DNA of 55,362 nt from the IMG/VR virus record IMGVR_UViG_3300030329_004008, positions 1 to 55,362 of that record. The stretch is one strand, 5' to 3'. A model generated the notes under the pieces. That model did not search any database and was not told where the DNA came from. It saw only the letters and a program-made list of their open reading frames with translations. Shown here piece after piece: positions 27,832 through 36,299 of the stretch (positions are counted from its first letter, which is position 1; each line of letters begins with the position of its first letter). The position numbers and the translations under genes were made by a program. This DNA comes from a virus (lineage: Duplodnaviria; Caudoviricetes).

Positions 27832-29417
27832 GCTACTACCCAAGATTTAGGTACTGGGGTTTTCTTTGAATACATGCCATCTTTATTCATTTGGATATTA
27901 GCATTAGGATGAGCATGCAAACATGCATATGCCAATGCATCAATTGTATCATCATGAGCCATCCTTGGTCCAAAGGTAATAATCTCACGATGCAAATCAT
28001 AATGCTCCTTTTTAATATGTATCTGCCCTACAGAAAATCTCTGAGCTAATACGGATTGTATCCTATCTCTCTTTGACTGTCTATTTCCAGGCTTCTCTTC
28101 TTTGAACTTAACTGTAAAATCATTCCTACGCATCATTTCTGATTGAAGAGCCTGGAAGACTGGACGTGACATAGTAGTATCTTCAATAACAAACAAATCA
28201 GGTAGAAACGCTTTATTGATCTCAAATACATGATCAACAATACCCTTTTGATCTTGACCTTGTATACCGAGAACAGGTAAGCCCCGCTGGCGCACATAGT
28301 CCAAAACATAAATACGATTAAAGCTATCAACTCCAATTGTAAGTAAGACGGAATAATCACTATCTCTCCTGTTTATGTCAGTAGCAGTATCAACACCTGT
28401 AAATACTGTAACTGGCAGTATATCACCTGACTCTTTAATGACATAAGAAATACCATCGCCCTCATTGTGAAAGAATGTTCCATCCCAATAATTGACATGG
28501 TCTCTATTGAAAACCGAATGGTCCTCACTTTGGACCTCCATCATATATTCTTGATAGAATTTGTGAGGCTGTCCAGAGTCGGCATAAAACTGTTTTTTTC
28601 TCTCTATTTCCTGTCTTCCGAACCACGAATCCCATAAAATATCTCCCTTATCATTTTCCACTTTGTACATAAGTACGTCCCAGGAAAAGTCTTCCCTATT
28701 AGCTTTTGCTTTAGCGTGGTTAACAATAAGATTGTTAATAAAACTGTCAAAATGCACAGGTGTGCCATTAACCCTAAGACGACCAGTATGAGGCTCAAGA
28801 GCAGGGAAGACAACAGCAGTAATGAGGTTAGCGTTCTTTGACCTAGCCTCTGAAGTAATGGTATTGTTTTCATCTTCGAAGTCATCGAGAACAACGAGAT
28901 CGTATCTTTTATGCAATTTAGCACCACCCCTGATGCCAGAAATATTTGATTTCGAAATGAGCTTACATCCATTGGAGAGCTCTATATCTGTTTCTGTCCA
29001 TTTCTTTCCCCTTAAATCTCCGAAGTAGTATCGGATTCTGTCATTTATTTCAATATGGGACTTGATATAATCCATATTCCCAGTAGCCAATTTAGCTGTA
29101 GCTGATATCCATCCATAGAAAAATGGCTCATCATCATCAGCAAGTCCCCATTCCTTTCTCATGCCAGCAAAACAGAAGTCTCGCATTATGTCTGCTTTTG
29201 TCAAAACCGTCTTGCCATGCCCTCTGGGCATTATAAATGCACTTTGTCTGATTGCTTTGTTATTAATCTTATCTGCTACGGTATAATGAAAAGCTGGGGT
29301 CTCTGAGCGTAAGAAGTCGTCTGGCAAAAATAATTTTCCAAAAGATATCAAGTCTTTATATGCAAGCTGCAAGTTTTCCTCTTCTTTGCTTACATTATGG
29401 AAATTCACATTAGCCAT
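27828..29417 (-). CDS. terL: Terminase large subunit
   Basis: Walker A PRGHGKT, Walker B LVVLDD, GTP coupling motif, RNase H-like GVDTA...DYS and HDDTIDALAY. Confidence 0.95.
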   Translation of the reverse strand: MANVNFHNVSKEEENLQLAYKDLISFGKLFLPDDFLRSETPAFHYTVADKINNKAIRQSAFIMPRGHGKTVLTKADIMRDFCFAGMRKEWGLADDDEPFFYGWISATAKLATGNMDYIKSHIEINDRIRYYFGDLRGKKWTETDIELSNGCKLISKSNISGIRGGAKLHKRYDLVVLDDFEDENNTITSEARSKNANLITAVVFPALEPHTGRLRVNGTPVHFDSFINNLIVNHAKAKANREDFSWDVLMYKVENDKGDILWDSWFGRQEIERKKQFYADSGQPHKFYQEYMMEVQSEDHSVFNRDHVNYWDGTFFHNEGDGISYVIKESGDILPVTVFTGVDTATDINRRDSDYSVLLTIGVDSFNRIYVLDYVRQRGLPVLGIQGQDQKGIVDHVFEINKAFLPDLFVIEDTTMSRPVFQALQSEMMRRNDFTVKFKEEKPGNRQSKRDRIQSVLAQRFSVGQIHIKKEHYDLHREIITFGPRMAHDDTIDALAYACLHAHPNANIQMNKDGMYSKKTPVPKSWVVA

Positions 29418-29505
29418 CTAATATACTTCTTTGTAAGGCTTCCTTTTCTCCATAATCATCCATGTTCTTAAAGCTGGACATTAACTTATCTATGATATTA
29501 CTCAT

Positions 29506-29727
29506 CTACCATTTCCCTACAGGGCATCGAGCCGCTTTTAACTTTGTTTTCAGTTTCATGAAGCATCCGCATTCCTTGCAAGTGCCTGTTGGTTTATAGA
29601 AATGCTCGCATGCTTGACACATCTCCCATCTTGCCTGAGGATCATCACTTACTAGTTTCTTTTTTAGATAACTTGCGAAGTCCTCTATCTGTCCCATGCG
29701 ATTCCCAAACTGGATGCTTCTTTCCAT
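29506..29727 (-). CDS. Cys-rich small protein (DUF6171-like)
   Basis: RWEMCQACEH...CKECGCFMKLKT...CPVGKW; start may be the MGQIE Met. Confidence 0.7.
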   Translation of the reverse strand: MERSIQFGNRMGQIEDFASYLKKKLVSDDPQARWEMCQACEHFYKPTGTCKECGCFMKLKTKLKAARCPVGKW

Positions 29728-29784
29728 CCAATGGTCAAGTATGTGTAGCCTTTTCTAGGTTTTGCCATAAATTAACCTTTATCT

Positions 29785-29970
29785 TCACAGACCCATACGA
29801 CCTTTTACTTGCTTTACGCTTCTGGATAATTCGTTAATAAAATCTGCATGATCTTGCATTGTCTTTACGACATAGTTCATCCTATCGCTCAATTCTACGA
29901 TCTTCTCTGAACATTTATCGCAAGATTTATTACTTACTACTGTAGCTTCTTTTTTAGTTTCTTTACTCAT
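29785..29970 (-). CDS. Hypothetical coiled-coil protein
   Basis: AGGAG RBS; ends VKGRMGL; coupled with upstream ORF. Confidence 0.65.
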   Translation of the reverse strand: MSKETKKEATVVSNKSCDKCSEKIVELSDRMNYVVKTMQDHADFINELSRSVKQVKGRMGL

Positions 29971-30373
29971 ATAGATCTCCTATGTCTATCTCTAGTGCTT
30001 TCATTTCTTCCATTGTTGGTGCATGTTCTGCCTCAGTAAATGCTGGATTTGTCATTTTCTGCAAATTTTTTGCATCCAAATGTTGAGATATACCATGCTC
30101 TTTAAATAAATCACTATTTTGTTGAAAATATCTTATTGCTTCTCCAGTCACTTCATCCATCGTTCCATCCTCTGGAATAGTATTGAGTTTTAGAATGTTG
30201 GATATAGTATTCAAGTTCTTCTGTATTGCAGATACTTGATTGCGATTTCCTAGATCAGCTGCTCTGATCTGTTTATCTAGACTAATTACAAAGGCCTGTT
30301 CATCATCAATTGCATAAGAGCCTTCTCTACCATATGCAATGCTTCTTCCATCCAAAGTTATAAAATTAGGCAT
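29963..30373 (-). CDS. Protein with a peptidoglycan-binding-like domain
   Basis: VSAIQKNLN...EDGTMDEVTGEAIRYFQ resembles the PG_binding_1 pattern. Confidence 0.55.
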   Translation of the reverse strand: MPNFITLDGRSIAYGREGSYAIDDEQAFVISLDKQIRAADLGNRNQVSAIQKNLNTISNILKLNTIPEDGTMDEVTGEAIRYFQQNSDLFKEHGISQHLDAKNLQKMTNPAFTEAEHAPTMEEMKALEIDIGDLYE

Positions 30374-31100
30374 CTCCTTCTCCTAATAATTCTTTTCTAT
30401 CCTCTATCACTTCAGCATCCTCTGGTAGAAAGCCTTTAAATACTGCACCGCCAATAGCGGTTATTTCTTTCTGTGTTTCCTTTAAGCCCAATATGTCTGC
30501 TAGTTCAAACAAAGCTTTTAACTTATCAGAATCCTTTTCTCCAGATGAAGCTATATCTTTTATTCCTGACAATACAAATGAACTGTCTATATTAAGCTTC
30601 TCTAATACTGGCTTCAGTTCCGTTTTCATCGCAGTTCTAATCCTCTCTTGTTTTAGTAATAATGCTGCACTGCCCTTTGCATAATCTTTACTCTTAGCAT
30701 GAAAAGCTTTTGAATAAGCTTCTATATGCTCCATTCCTTGAGAAACAAATAATGCAAACAAGCGTTCTCTCACTGTCAGTCTAGCTCTTGTTTTGACAGA
30801 ATCCTCTGGATGCTTACCAGAAAAGCTATATATATTAGCTCTTCTCTCTGTATCCATAGTAACTGTGTCCCTACATACAAAAGTACCTGTACAGGTACCT
30901 ATATATTTAACTGGCTTTTGCTTTCCTGGCCTTTTTAATCGACCTTCCCTTAATACCTGAATGTAACATTCATCATCAGCTTTCACCCAATCACCCATTT
31001 CAGCATCTCTCCAATTATCAATATAGTGAAAGTCTTCAGGTAGCTCACCCTCATGATCATAGACTTGATGCTCTATGCCGCTAACTTTAAAAGTTCTCAA
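30366..31100 (-). CDS. Putative terminase small subunit with N-terminal extension
   Basis: LTVRERLFALFV...EAYSKAF...AALLLKQERI...KLKALFELADILG is Terminase_2-like; upstream of TerL. Confidence 0.65.
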   Translation of the reverse strand: MRTFKVSGIEHQVYDHEGELPEDFHYIDNWRDAEMGDWVKADDECYIQVLREGRLKRPGKQKPVKYIGTCTGTFVCRDTVTMDTERRANIYSFSGKHPEDSVKTRARLTVRERLFALFVSQGMEHIEAYSKAFHAKSKDYAKGSAALLLKQERIRTAMKTELKPVLEKLNIDSSFVLSGIKDIASSGEKDSDKLKALFELADILGLKETQKEITAIGGAVFKGFLPEDAEVIEDRKELLGEGDA

Positions 31101-31288
31101 GCCTCACCAAGCCCATTTTCATTAATCAGCTTTATAAGTTCTTCATCGTCAAAATACTCATCATCCAATTCCATCTCCATCTCTACAGGCATAACACCTT
31201 CAGGAAGTTCCTCTTCTATATGCTCTTGAATATACTCAACCTCTTCTGTCCGATCATTATATGCGATTATCAGATGATATATCTTCAC
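31097..31288 (-). CDS. Acidic hypothetical protein
   Basis: GTG start with AAGGA RBS; coupled to the next ORF. Confidence 0.65.
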   Translation of the reverse strand: MKIYHLIIAYNDRTEEVEYIQEHIEEELPEGVMPVEMEMELDDEYFDDEELIKLINENGLGEA

Positions 31289-31303
31289 TTCATTCCTTTC
31301 CTC

Positions 31304-31364
31304 TACTTACGCTTATTAGTGAGGGCCTTAGCCCGAACGCTCTGTTGCATCTTAAGCGTAAATA
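31304..31364 (-). promoter_or_regulatory. Structured leader: 12-bp outer stem enclosing a GGGC-TAAG-GCCC hairpin
   Basis: Minus: TATTTACGCTTA...GGGCTAAGGCCC...TAAGCGTAAGTA, immediately upstream of the 31288 RBS. Confidence 0.5.
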
Positions 31365-31373
31365 CAGTAACAT

Positions 31374-31403
31374 ATTTTACATACTTTTAGCGATATGATG
31401 CAA
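31374..31403 (-). promoter_or_regulatory. Candidate sigma70-type promoter TTGCAT-N18-TAAAAT
   Basis: In a non-coding gap directly upstream of the structured leader and packaging operon. Confidence 0.5.
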
Positions 31404-31481
31404 ATCAGCTAAGTCCTTTAAAAACAACATTGAAGGGTGCTTGCGATAATTTCGTAGAAATTGAGTAAGCAATCCAAACCC

Positions 31482-31697
31482 CTAGGGGTTTGTGTCTTCA
31501 ACATCTGCAGATTCAGACTCGACCTTTTCTTTAATGAACTTGTCAAATGCATCCTTAGTTCCTGTGAAGTCTAGATAGTCAGTTAAAAATTCGGTTATAG
31601 TTCCTACTTGGCTTTTGATAGCCATAACGTCAAATCCTAGTCTCTGGATGACTCTTTGGAAGTCTTTGTTCGTTGGCTTTGTTCTTTTTGTTTTCAA
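31482..31697 (-). CDS. Hypothetical protein, 71 aa
   Basis: TTG start with GGAG RBS. Confidence 0.6.
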   Translation of the reverse strand: MKTKRTKPTNKDFQRVIQRLGFDVMAIKSQVGTITEFLTDYLDFTGTKDAFDKFIKEKVESESADVEDTNP

Positions 31698-31836
31698 TGC
31701 AATCTCCAGTTAAGTGAATGTGATCTACATCACAATAGCTTGGACAGGTGTAAGATCCCCCTGGGCAATATTCTAGATAGATTTCTCCATACCACATTAC
31801 CCCCGCGAAAATTAAGGCCAGGAGGATATTTCCCAC
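31630..31836 (-). CDS. Small membrane/secreted protein with a CPxYCxVxHxH motif
   Basis: Hydrophobic N-terminus; Cys/His cluster. Confidence 0.55.
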   Translation of the reverse strand: MGNILLALIFAGVMWYGEIYLEYCPGGSYTCPSYCDVDHIHLTGDCIENKKNKANEQRLPKSHPETRI

Positions 31837-31839
31837 TAG

Positions 31840-32052
31840 TTAATTCTTCCTAGTGAATATCCATGCTCCTATATTCAGCATTGCGATAGACAGTATAATC
31901 ACTCCAGCACCGAGCATATAGTAATACATATTTATTATCCCCATGCCAAGATTAAGCCATCTGATTGATTGAAAGATTTCATCTCTTTTCATTTTCTCAC
32001 CAAGCAATGCAAGGCCTTTAAGAAATTCAAGTATGCTAGACCAAGCACGCAT
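31840..32052 (-). CDS. Small membrane protein
   Basis: Two hydrophobic segments; AAGGGG RBS; first ORF of the minus arm. Confidence 0.6.
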   Translation of the reverse strand: MRAWSSILEFLKGLALLGEKMKRDEIFQSIRWLNLGMGIINMYYYMLGAGVIILSIAMLNIGAWIFTRKN

Positions 32053-32076
32053 TTACGTCCCCTTTGATTATAGGTA

Positions 32077-32105
32077 AATATATATGGATTGCGTTAACTT
32101 TGCAA
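32077..32105 (-). promoter_or_regulatory. Candidate sigma70-type promoter TTGCAA-N17-TATATT for the structural arm
   Basis: Correct spacing; about 25 nt upstream of the ATG at 32052. Confidence 0.55.
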
Positions 32106-32253
32106 CTATGTGAGCTACATCACAAATAAGGAGGAGAAGTTTCAAAAATTGGGGGATTTTAGTGTGTGACTAGAATTCAAACACCATCGGGTATGCACGG
32201 GTTTTTCTTGAATAGAAACTCGTTAACTTTCAATTAAAATAGGAGACATTACA

Positions 32254-32586
32254 ATGAAACATTGGTTCTTAGCAGCACTCAAATGGTCTGAAAAAATGGG
32301 TCAACCATTCTACTCTACATCCTTGCGTACTTACGAGGCACCAAACAAGTCTGGACAGCAAAGGGTGATGCAACCTGCAAAGCAACAAGTAGATGGTGCA
32401 CCACAATGCCAAGTCTACTTCGGCAGTGGAGTTGAAGACCACCAGAGAGCCGACAAATTCGCATACATCTACACAGGTCCCGAGACAAAGGACAACTACA
32501 TCATGTCCGAGGACGAGTACAAGGCGTCTGCTACCCGCAAACCTGAGACGAAGACTGCGAGCACAGCCTCTGCGAAGACAACATAG
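32254..32586 (+). CDS. First early-arm protein, 110 aa, hypothetical
   Basis: AGGAG RBS; atypical C/G-ending codon use; followed by a terminator-like hairpin. Confidence 0.8.
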   Translation: MKHWFLAALKWSEKMGQPFYSTSLRTYEAPNKSGQQRVMQPAKQQVDGAPQCQVYFGSGVEDHQRADKFAYIYTGPETKDNYIMSEDEYKASATRKPETKTASTASAKTT

Positions 32587-32610
32587 GGGGACATTTCGTC
32601 CCTTCTTTCT
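32586..32610 (+). terminator. Candidate intrinsic terminator
   Basis: GGGGAC-atttc-GTCCCT followed by TCTTTCT, directly after the stop. Confidence 0.5.
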
Positions 32611-32709
32611 ACTACATAATAATGCCGTAGACTCCATACTAGACACAGGGGATATCTTAACAGACGTCCCCTTGTCTCTTACCTATCAATCAAAGAAAGG
32701 AATAATATC

Positions 32710-32841
32710 TTGAATAAAGACAAACAGACTCACTGCAAGATAGATGGCTGTAACAACCCTATCAGTGACCTTGAAGATGGCTGGCTGATATGCGACATAC
32801 ATCTCAAAGAAGATGCTTTGGCGAAGGAGAAGGATGAATAA
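32710..32841 (+). CDS. Small zinc-finger-like protein, 43 aa (HCKIDGCNNP...LICDIH)
   Basis: Manually translated; TTG start with AAAGGA RBS; C-x4-C...C-x2-H. Confidence 0.55.
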   Translation: MNKDKQTHCKIDGCNNPISDLEDGWLICDIHLKEDALAKEKDE

Positions 32842-32941
32842 AGAGCAAAGAGAATGGTATGTCAATCATGTAATGAATAATACAATTAATTCTATTGGTG
32901 ATTGGCTTAGACTAAAACCTTGGTTAAAGAAACTACTATGA
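32834..32941 (+). CDS. Small hypothetical protein, 35 aa (MNKEQREWYVNHVMNN...)
   Basis: Manually translated; AGGAG RBS; overlaps neighbours at start and stop. Confidence 0.5.
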   Translation: MNKEQREWYVNHVMNNTINSIGDWLRLKPWLKKLL

Positions 32942-33102
32942 AGATATTGAAAAGACAACGACATCCTAACTTGAAAGACTATTTAATTTGCATGTTGTAT
33001 TCTATCTGTAGATTAATAGAATCTATCATTGAACTTGTAACGCTTGGGATGTACACAACAGAGCTCTATGATTATGTAACATTTGAGCTATTTGAAGATT
33101 AA
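32938..33102 (+). CDS. Hypothetical protein (MKILKRQRHP...)
   Basis: ATGA coupling; shorter start of ORF 32920..33102. Confidence 0.5.
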   Translation: MKILKRQRHPNLKDYLICMLYSICRLIESIIELVTLGMYTTELYDYVTFELFED

Positions 33103-33110
33103 TTCTACCC

Positions 33111-33186
33111 GAGTGGATAGATGTATCGGTAAGGTCACGATCCTTGCTTATACCGCTGGTTTTGGGCTTAATACAGCTATTCACTC
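33111..33186 (+). ncRNA. Candidate structured RNA element A (unknown family)
   Basis: GAGTGGATAG/CTATTCACTC and TGTAT/ATACA outer stems; inner CGGTA/TACCG and AAGG/CCTT; lies in a 244-nt non-coding gap. Confidence 0.5.
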
Positions 33187-33193
33187 ACTAAAT

Positions 33194-33306
33194 TGAGAGA
33201 GTTACGAATCTCACAGTAGTCTTAAGGAGTTTTGGCTACTAAAACCACCATCCGTTAATAGGTCATGGTTAAATCCAGTTCACAGCCTTAAGAGTGGTCT
33301 CTCTCA
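33194..33306 (+). ncRNA. Candidate structured RNA element B (unknown family)
   Basis: TGAGAGAG/CTCTCTCA outer stem, TCTTAAGG/CCTTAAGA second stem, inner GTTTTGG/CTAAAAC and ACCAT/ATGGT hairpins. Confidence 0.5.
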
Positions 33307-33346
33307 TTAATTTCAACCTATCACAATAAACATAAGGAATAGAACC

Positions 33347-33646
33347 TTGGAAATCAATCTGAAAAAAGAAAACTGTATCAACATTGTTAAGGGTATAATG
33401 CATCTGATAAACAGTCAGAAGCTCTTACTTACCATACTTGATGAAACTCAAGCTGAAGTAGAAATAATGGAAGAGATGAAAGCTAATGCAGAAGAAGCTG
33501 CAATTATCATTATGTCTGCTTCTGCTACTCTCTTGGAATTGAAGCCAGATGAGCTTGAGGTCTTGATAAAGATTTCAAATAATGAGCTTATTAATGGCTC
33601 ACCTTCCTCTGCTTTGCAAGATCTTAGTAAGGTAATGGGAGTATGA
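33347..33646 (+). CDS. Hypothetical protein, 99 aa
   Basis: TTG start with AAGGA RBS. Confidence 0.65.
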   Translation: MEINLKKENCINIVKGIMHLINSQKLLLTILDETQAEVEIMEEMKANAEEAAIIIMSASATLLELKPDELEVLIKISNNELINGSPSSALQDLSKVMGV

Positions 33647-33801
33647 ATTTATTTATCAGTAAAGCAATATGGAAGCATTATGCATTGCAAATAGCTCTTG
33701 AAGACCTTGTTACTGTCTTTGGCTTTGTAGATGAAGAAATTATTACGGATAAATCTATCAACACTAACGAGTGCTCAGAATCTGAGTATCTCTTAAAATA
33801 A
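33643..33801 (+). CDS. Small hypothetical protein, 52 aa (MNLFISKAIWKHYALQ...)
   Basis: Manually translated; ATGA coupling, GGGAG RBS. Confidence 0.55.
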   Translation: MNLFISKAIWKHYALQIALEDLVTVFGFVDEEIITDKSINTNECSESEYLLK

Positions 33802-33812
33802 GGAGACTATAA

Positions 33813-34250
33813 ATGTCACTACAACCTATCAACCCTAAAATTAAACTTCAAGAAGGAGATACTTTCATGATCTCCAATCTTGATCCTGACTTAGCTAAAG
33901 ATATTGAACTATGCCATAAGTTCGGTGAGTTAATGGTAAGAAATCTGCGATCAGGATTTGATCGTGATGCAATAATGTCAGATCTTAAAGGTATGATTGG
34001 ACTTGTTTCTTTCACTATTTATGAGAAATTTGGTGAAGTGTATAATGTAAAAACTATACCCGATCAACCAAAAGAACGTGGTGATACTATTGATACTGAA
34101 GGTTTAGTAGGTCTTGAAATCAATATTAGAGAGTCAACAATAAGAGTTCAAGATCTTCCTTCAAAATATCTGTTCAATCCTTCTTCAGTAGAGGAAACAA
34201 TAGATAGTCTATTGGAAGTATCAGGTGTGAAGAGGAGCGATGATGATTGA
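33813..34250 (+). CDS. Hypothetical protein, 145 aa
   Basis: AAGGAG RBS. Confidence 0.75.
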   Translation: MSLQPINPKIKLQEGDTFMISNLDPDLAKDIELCHKFGELMVRNLRSGFDRDAIMSDLKGMIGLVSFTIYEKFGEVYNVKTIPDQPKERGDTIDTEGLVGLEINIRESTIRVQDLPSKYLFNPSSVEETIDSLLEVSGVKRSDDD

Positions 34251-34554
34251 TATTATAAATGAAATTACGCTCTTTATCATTCGCAATCCAATTGAATGGA
34301 CAGTGCTCATTGCCATCGTTATGATGGTGGTGGGCGCTGGTCTTGAATCAGTATTGCACCTACTTCATAACAATATGTACGATTGTGAAGAATGTGATAC
34401 ATCTTTCTTATATTCTAATGACAAAATCTCACAAAGTGGGTTTATCATGTGTTCTAAATGCTGGGATAAAGAAGTTACAACAGAATATAACAGAGGCAGG
34501 AATGATAAGCTGGACTATTTAGCTGGAATAAAGAAAACTATAACGGAGGGCTAA
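34240..34554 (+). CDS. Membrane-anchored zinc-finger protein
   Basis: TM segment followed by CEEC...CSKC. Confidence 0.7.
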   Translation: MMIDIINEITLFIIRNPIEWTVLIAIVMMVVGAGLESVLHLLHNNMYDCEECDTSFLYSNDKISQSGFIMCSKCWDKEVTTEYNRGRNDKLDYLAGIKKTITEG

Positions 34555-34586
34555 GGCCCTCCTTCACTAAATCAACAGGAGATAAT

Positions 34587-35609
34587 ATGAACTATCAATT
34601 AATGAATCTTATTGAAAATGATCCTATTGGATCAACACTAAAGTCAAGAGGAGGTGTCCGTAATAGATGGAGGCACTTTGTATTTCTGAAAATAAAGAAA
34701 AATACAGTTTGGGCATTAGATGCGGCTTCATATAAAAGCTTCGCTGATAAGGAAGGATCTTGGGAGCGTGGTTTTGACAAGGGACGTAGAATATGCATAT
34801 GTAATCCTGATGGTGTGCACTTTATATTAGATGAAAGACCAAAAGGAGAATACAGTACTTCTGTCTTAAATCATCCTGTTTATTATACTTGGGATATGGA
34901 TGCATTTTTTAGCTTAAACCTACTATATGGAGTGTATATGCGCTTCATTGACGGCACTCCAATATTACAATTAGATGGCAAGAGATGTCTCGTTCAAAGA
35001 ACTATGTCTTTTAATTGGAAAGGAGAATTAACAACTCCTATTACCAAGAAAGCAAAAGTAGCTTATCAAAAATGGGATAGAGCGTCTAAAGATCGTAAAA
35101 ATGCTTTGGCTAGAGCGAGATATGCTCAGAATAAAGCTGAAAGAATCTTTAAGAAACATAAAAAGAATGGTACTTTAAGTGAATGGGATGCAAAAGAGGT
35201 ATTTAATTTGCAGAATGCTCAAGTAAGACAACAAGCTATTGAAGAAGTTGGCCTTGCAAGAGTTTTATCAAACTTTGAGACTAAAGTTCTTGACAAATCC
35301 CGCCACTATGAACTTATTCAAGTGCTTATTCCCTCTTTCTCGACTAAAATGTGGGGCTCATTACATCCTTCAAGAGAGAAATGGGCTACATATCTTAAAA
35401 TGGTAAATCCATCTACTGGTGAAATTCATTTAGAAGGAGTGCCACTTAAAACTGATAATAATACAGATTATATTCCAGAAGAAACTGTAAAAGGTGCTTT
35501 AGCATGGAGAGATGGTGAGAATGGAGATCCAGCAGACTTTAACTCAAGAGTTGATAGAGTAACCACTGCATCAAATTGGAAATATAATAAACCAAATATC
35601 ATAACGTAG
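34587..35609 (+). CDS. DUF6745-like domain protein
   Basis: C-terminal NAQVRQQAIEEVG...YLKMVNPSTGEIHLEGVP...GALAW signature. Confidence 0.7.
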   Translation: MNYQLMNLIENDPIGSTLKSRGGVRNRWRHFVFLKIKKNTVWALDAASYKSFADKEGSWERGFDKGRRICICNPDGVHFILDERPKGEYSTSVLNHPVYYTWDMDAFFSLNLLYGVYMRFIDGTPILQLDGKRCLVQRTMSFNWKGELTTPITKKAKVAYQKWDRASKDRKNALARARYAQNKAERIFKKHKKNGTLSEWDAKEVFNLQNAQVRQQAIEEVGLARVLSNFETKVLDKSRHYELIQVLIPSFSTKMWGSLHPSREKWATYLKMVNPSTGEIHLEGVPLKTDNNTDYIPEETVKGALAWRDGENGDPADFNSRVDRVTTASNWKYNKPNIIT

Positions 35610-35615
35610 GAGATA

Positions 35616-36194
35616 ATGATGGGATTTGATTTATACGGACTTAATCCAGTAACTATGTCACCTGATCCTGAAATATCATTAGACGAATTCTTTAATCTTA
35701 ATGAAGAAGAGCGTCAAGATAATATCATAGCTGTCAGTAAATACAGAGATGAAAATCCTGGTGTATATTTTAGAAATAATGTCTGGTGGTGGCGGCCTTT
35801 ATGGGAATATACTTGCAGATTGGCATTTCGTATCTTTGATGAAGACGATATAAAGGCAGGTAGCTACAATGATGGTCATGAAATCAGTAAAGATAAAGCT
35901 GATATCATAGCCAGGAGATTAGAAGACAGTATAGTTAACGGTTTTGCAGAAAAATGGGAGAAAGATAGAAATGCAGAATTAGATAAGATGGAACTGGAAG
36001 TATGCGATTTATGTGAAGGAACAGGAAGCAGGAATAAACCTCCAAAAACAGGCGCTGGTACACATATGGAATGTAATGCTTGTGATGGTAAAGGTAAGAG
36101 AAAAGCATCTGCGACTCACTATCCTTTTTCTGTTGAGAATGTAAGAGAGTTCGCTCGTTTCTGTAAACATTCAGGTGGTTTTTCCATCCGTTGA
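35616..36194 (+). CDS. Conserved phage protein with a DnaJ-type zinc finger
   Basis: YFRNNVWWWRPLW; CDLCEGTG and CNACDGKG; YPFSVENVREFARFC..SGGF. Confidence 0.8.
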   Translation: MMGFDLYGLNPVTMSPDPEISLDEFFNLNEEERQDNIIAVSKYRDENPGVYFRNNVWWWRPLWEYTCRLAFRIFDEDDIKAGSYNDGHEISKDKADIIARRLEDSIVNGFAEKWEKDRNAELDKMELEVCDLCEGTGSRNKPPKTGAGTHMECNACDGKGKRKASATHYPFSVENVREFARFCKHSGGFSIR

Positions 36195-36198
36195 TAGG

Positions 36199-36279
36199 TA
36201 GTGCAGCTTAATAGGCTGGAGGACATGAGGGGGGAGTGAACGGCAATGCTACGTTAAGCTCCCCCTTTATTGCAACTAT
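36199..36279 (+). ncRNA. Candidate intergenic structured RNA element C
   Basis: CAGC-TTAATAG-GCTG hairpin and a 12-bp stem ATGAGGGGGGAG/CTCCCCCTTTAT enclosing AACG...CGTT. Confidence 0.45.
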
Positions 36280-36299
36280 TAATAAATAAAGGAGAAATC

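Noticed and set aside
2279-30684. Short plus-strand ORFs in the structural arm (and minus-strand ORFs in the early arm)
   Set aside because: Antisense to long motif-bearing genes, with no RBS or recognisable motifs.
32269-32713. Overlapping ORFs 32269..32646 (-) and 32393..32713 (+)
   Set aside because: Shadows of the codon-biased gene 32254..32586; no RBS and implausible composition.
33221-33293. tRNA gene (72-nt core, CTTAAGG/CCTTAAG stem, GGTTAAATCC)
   Set aside because: No canonical D arm or 7-nt anticodon loop, and the T-like motif lacks TTC and is not adjacent to the acceptor strand.
33247-33300. Pistol or hammerhead ribozyme
   Set aside because: A hairpin followed by TAAAT is suggestive, but the pseudoknot pairing is missing and there is no CUGANGA/GAAA core.
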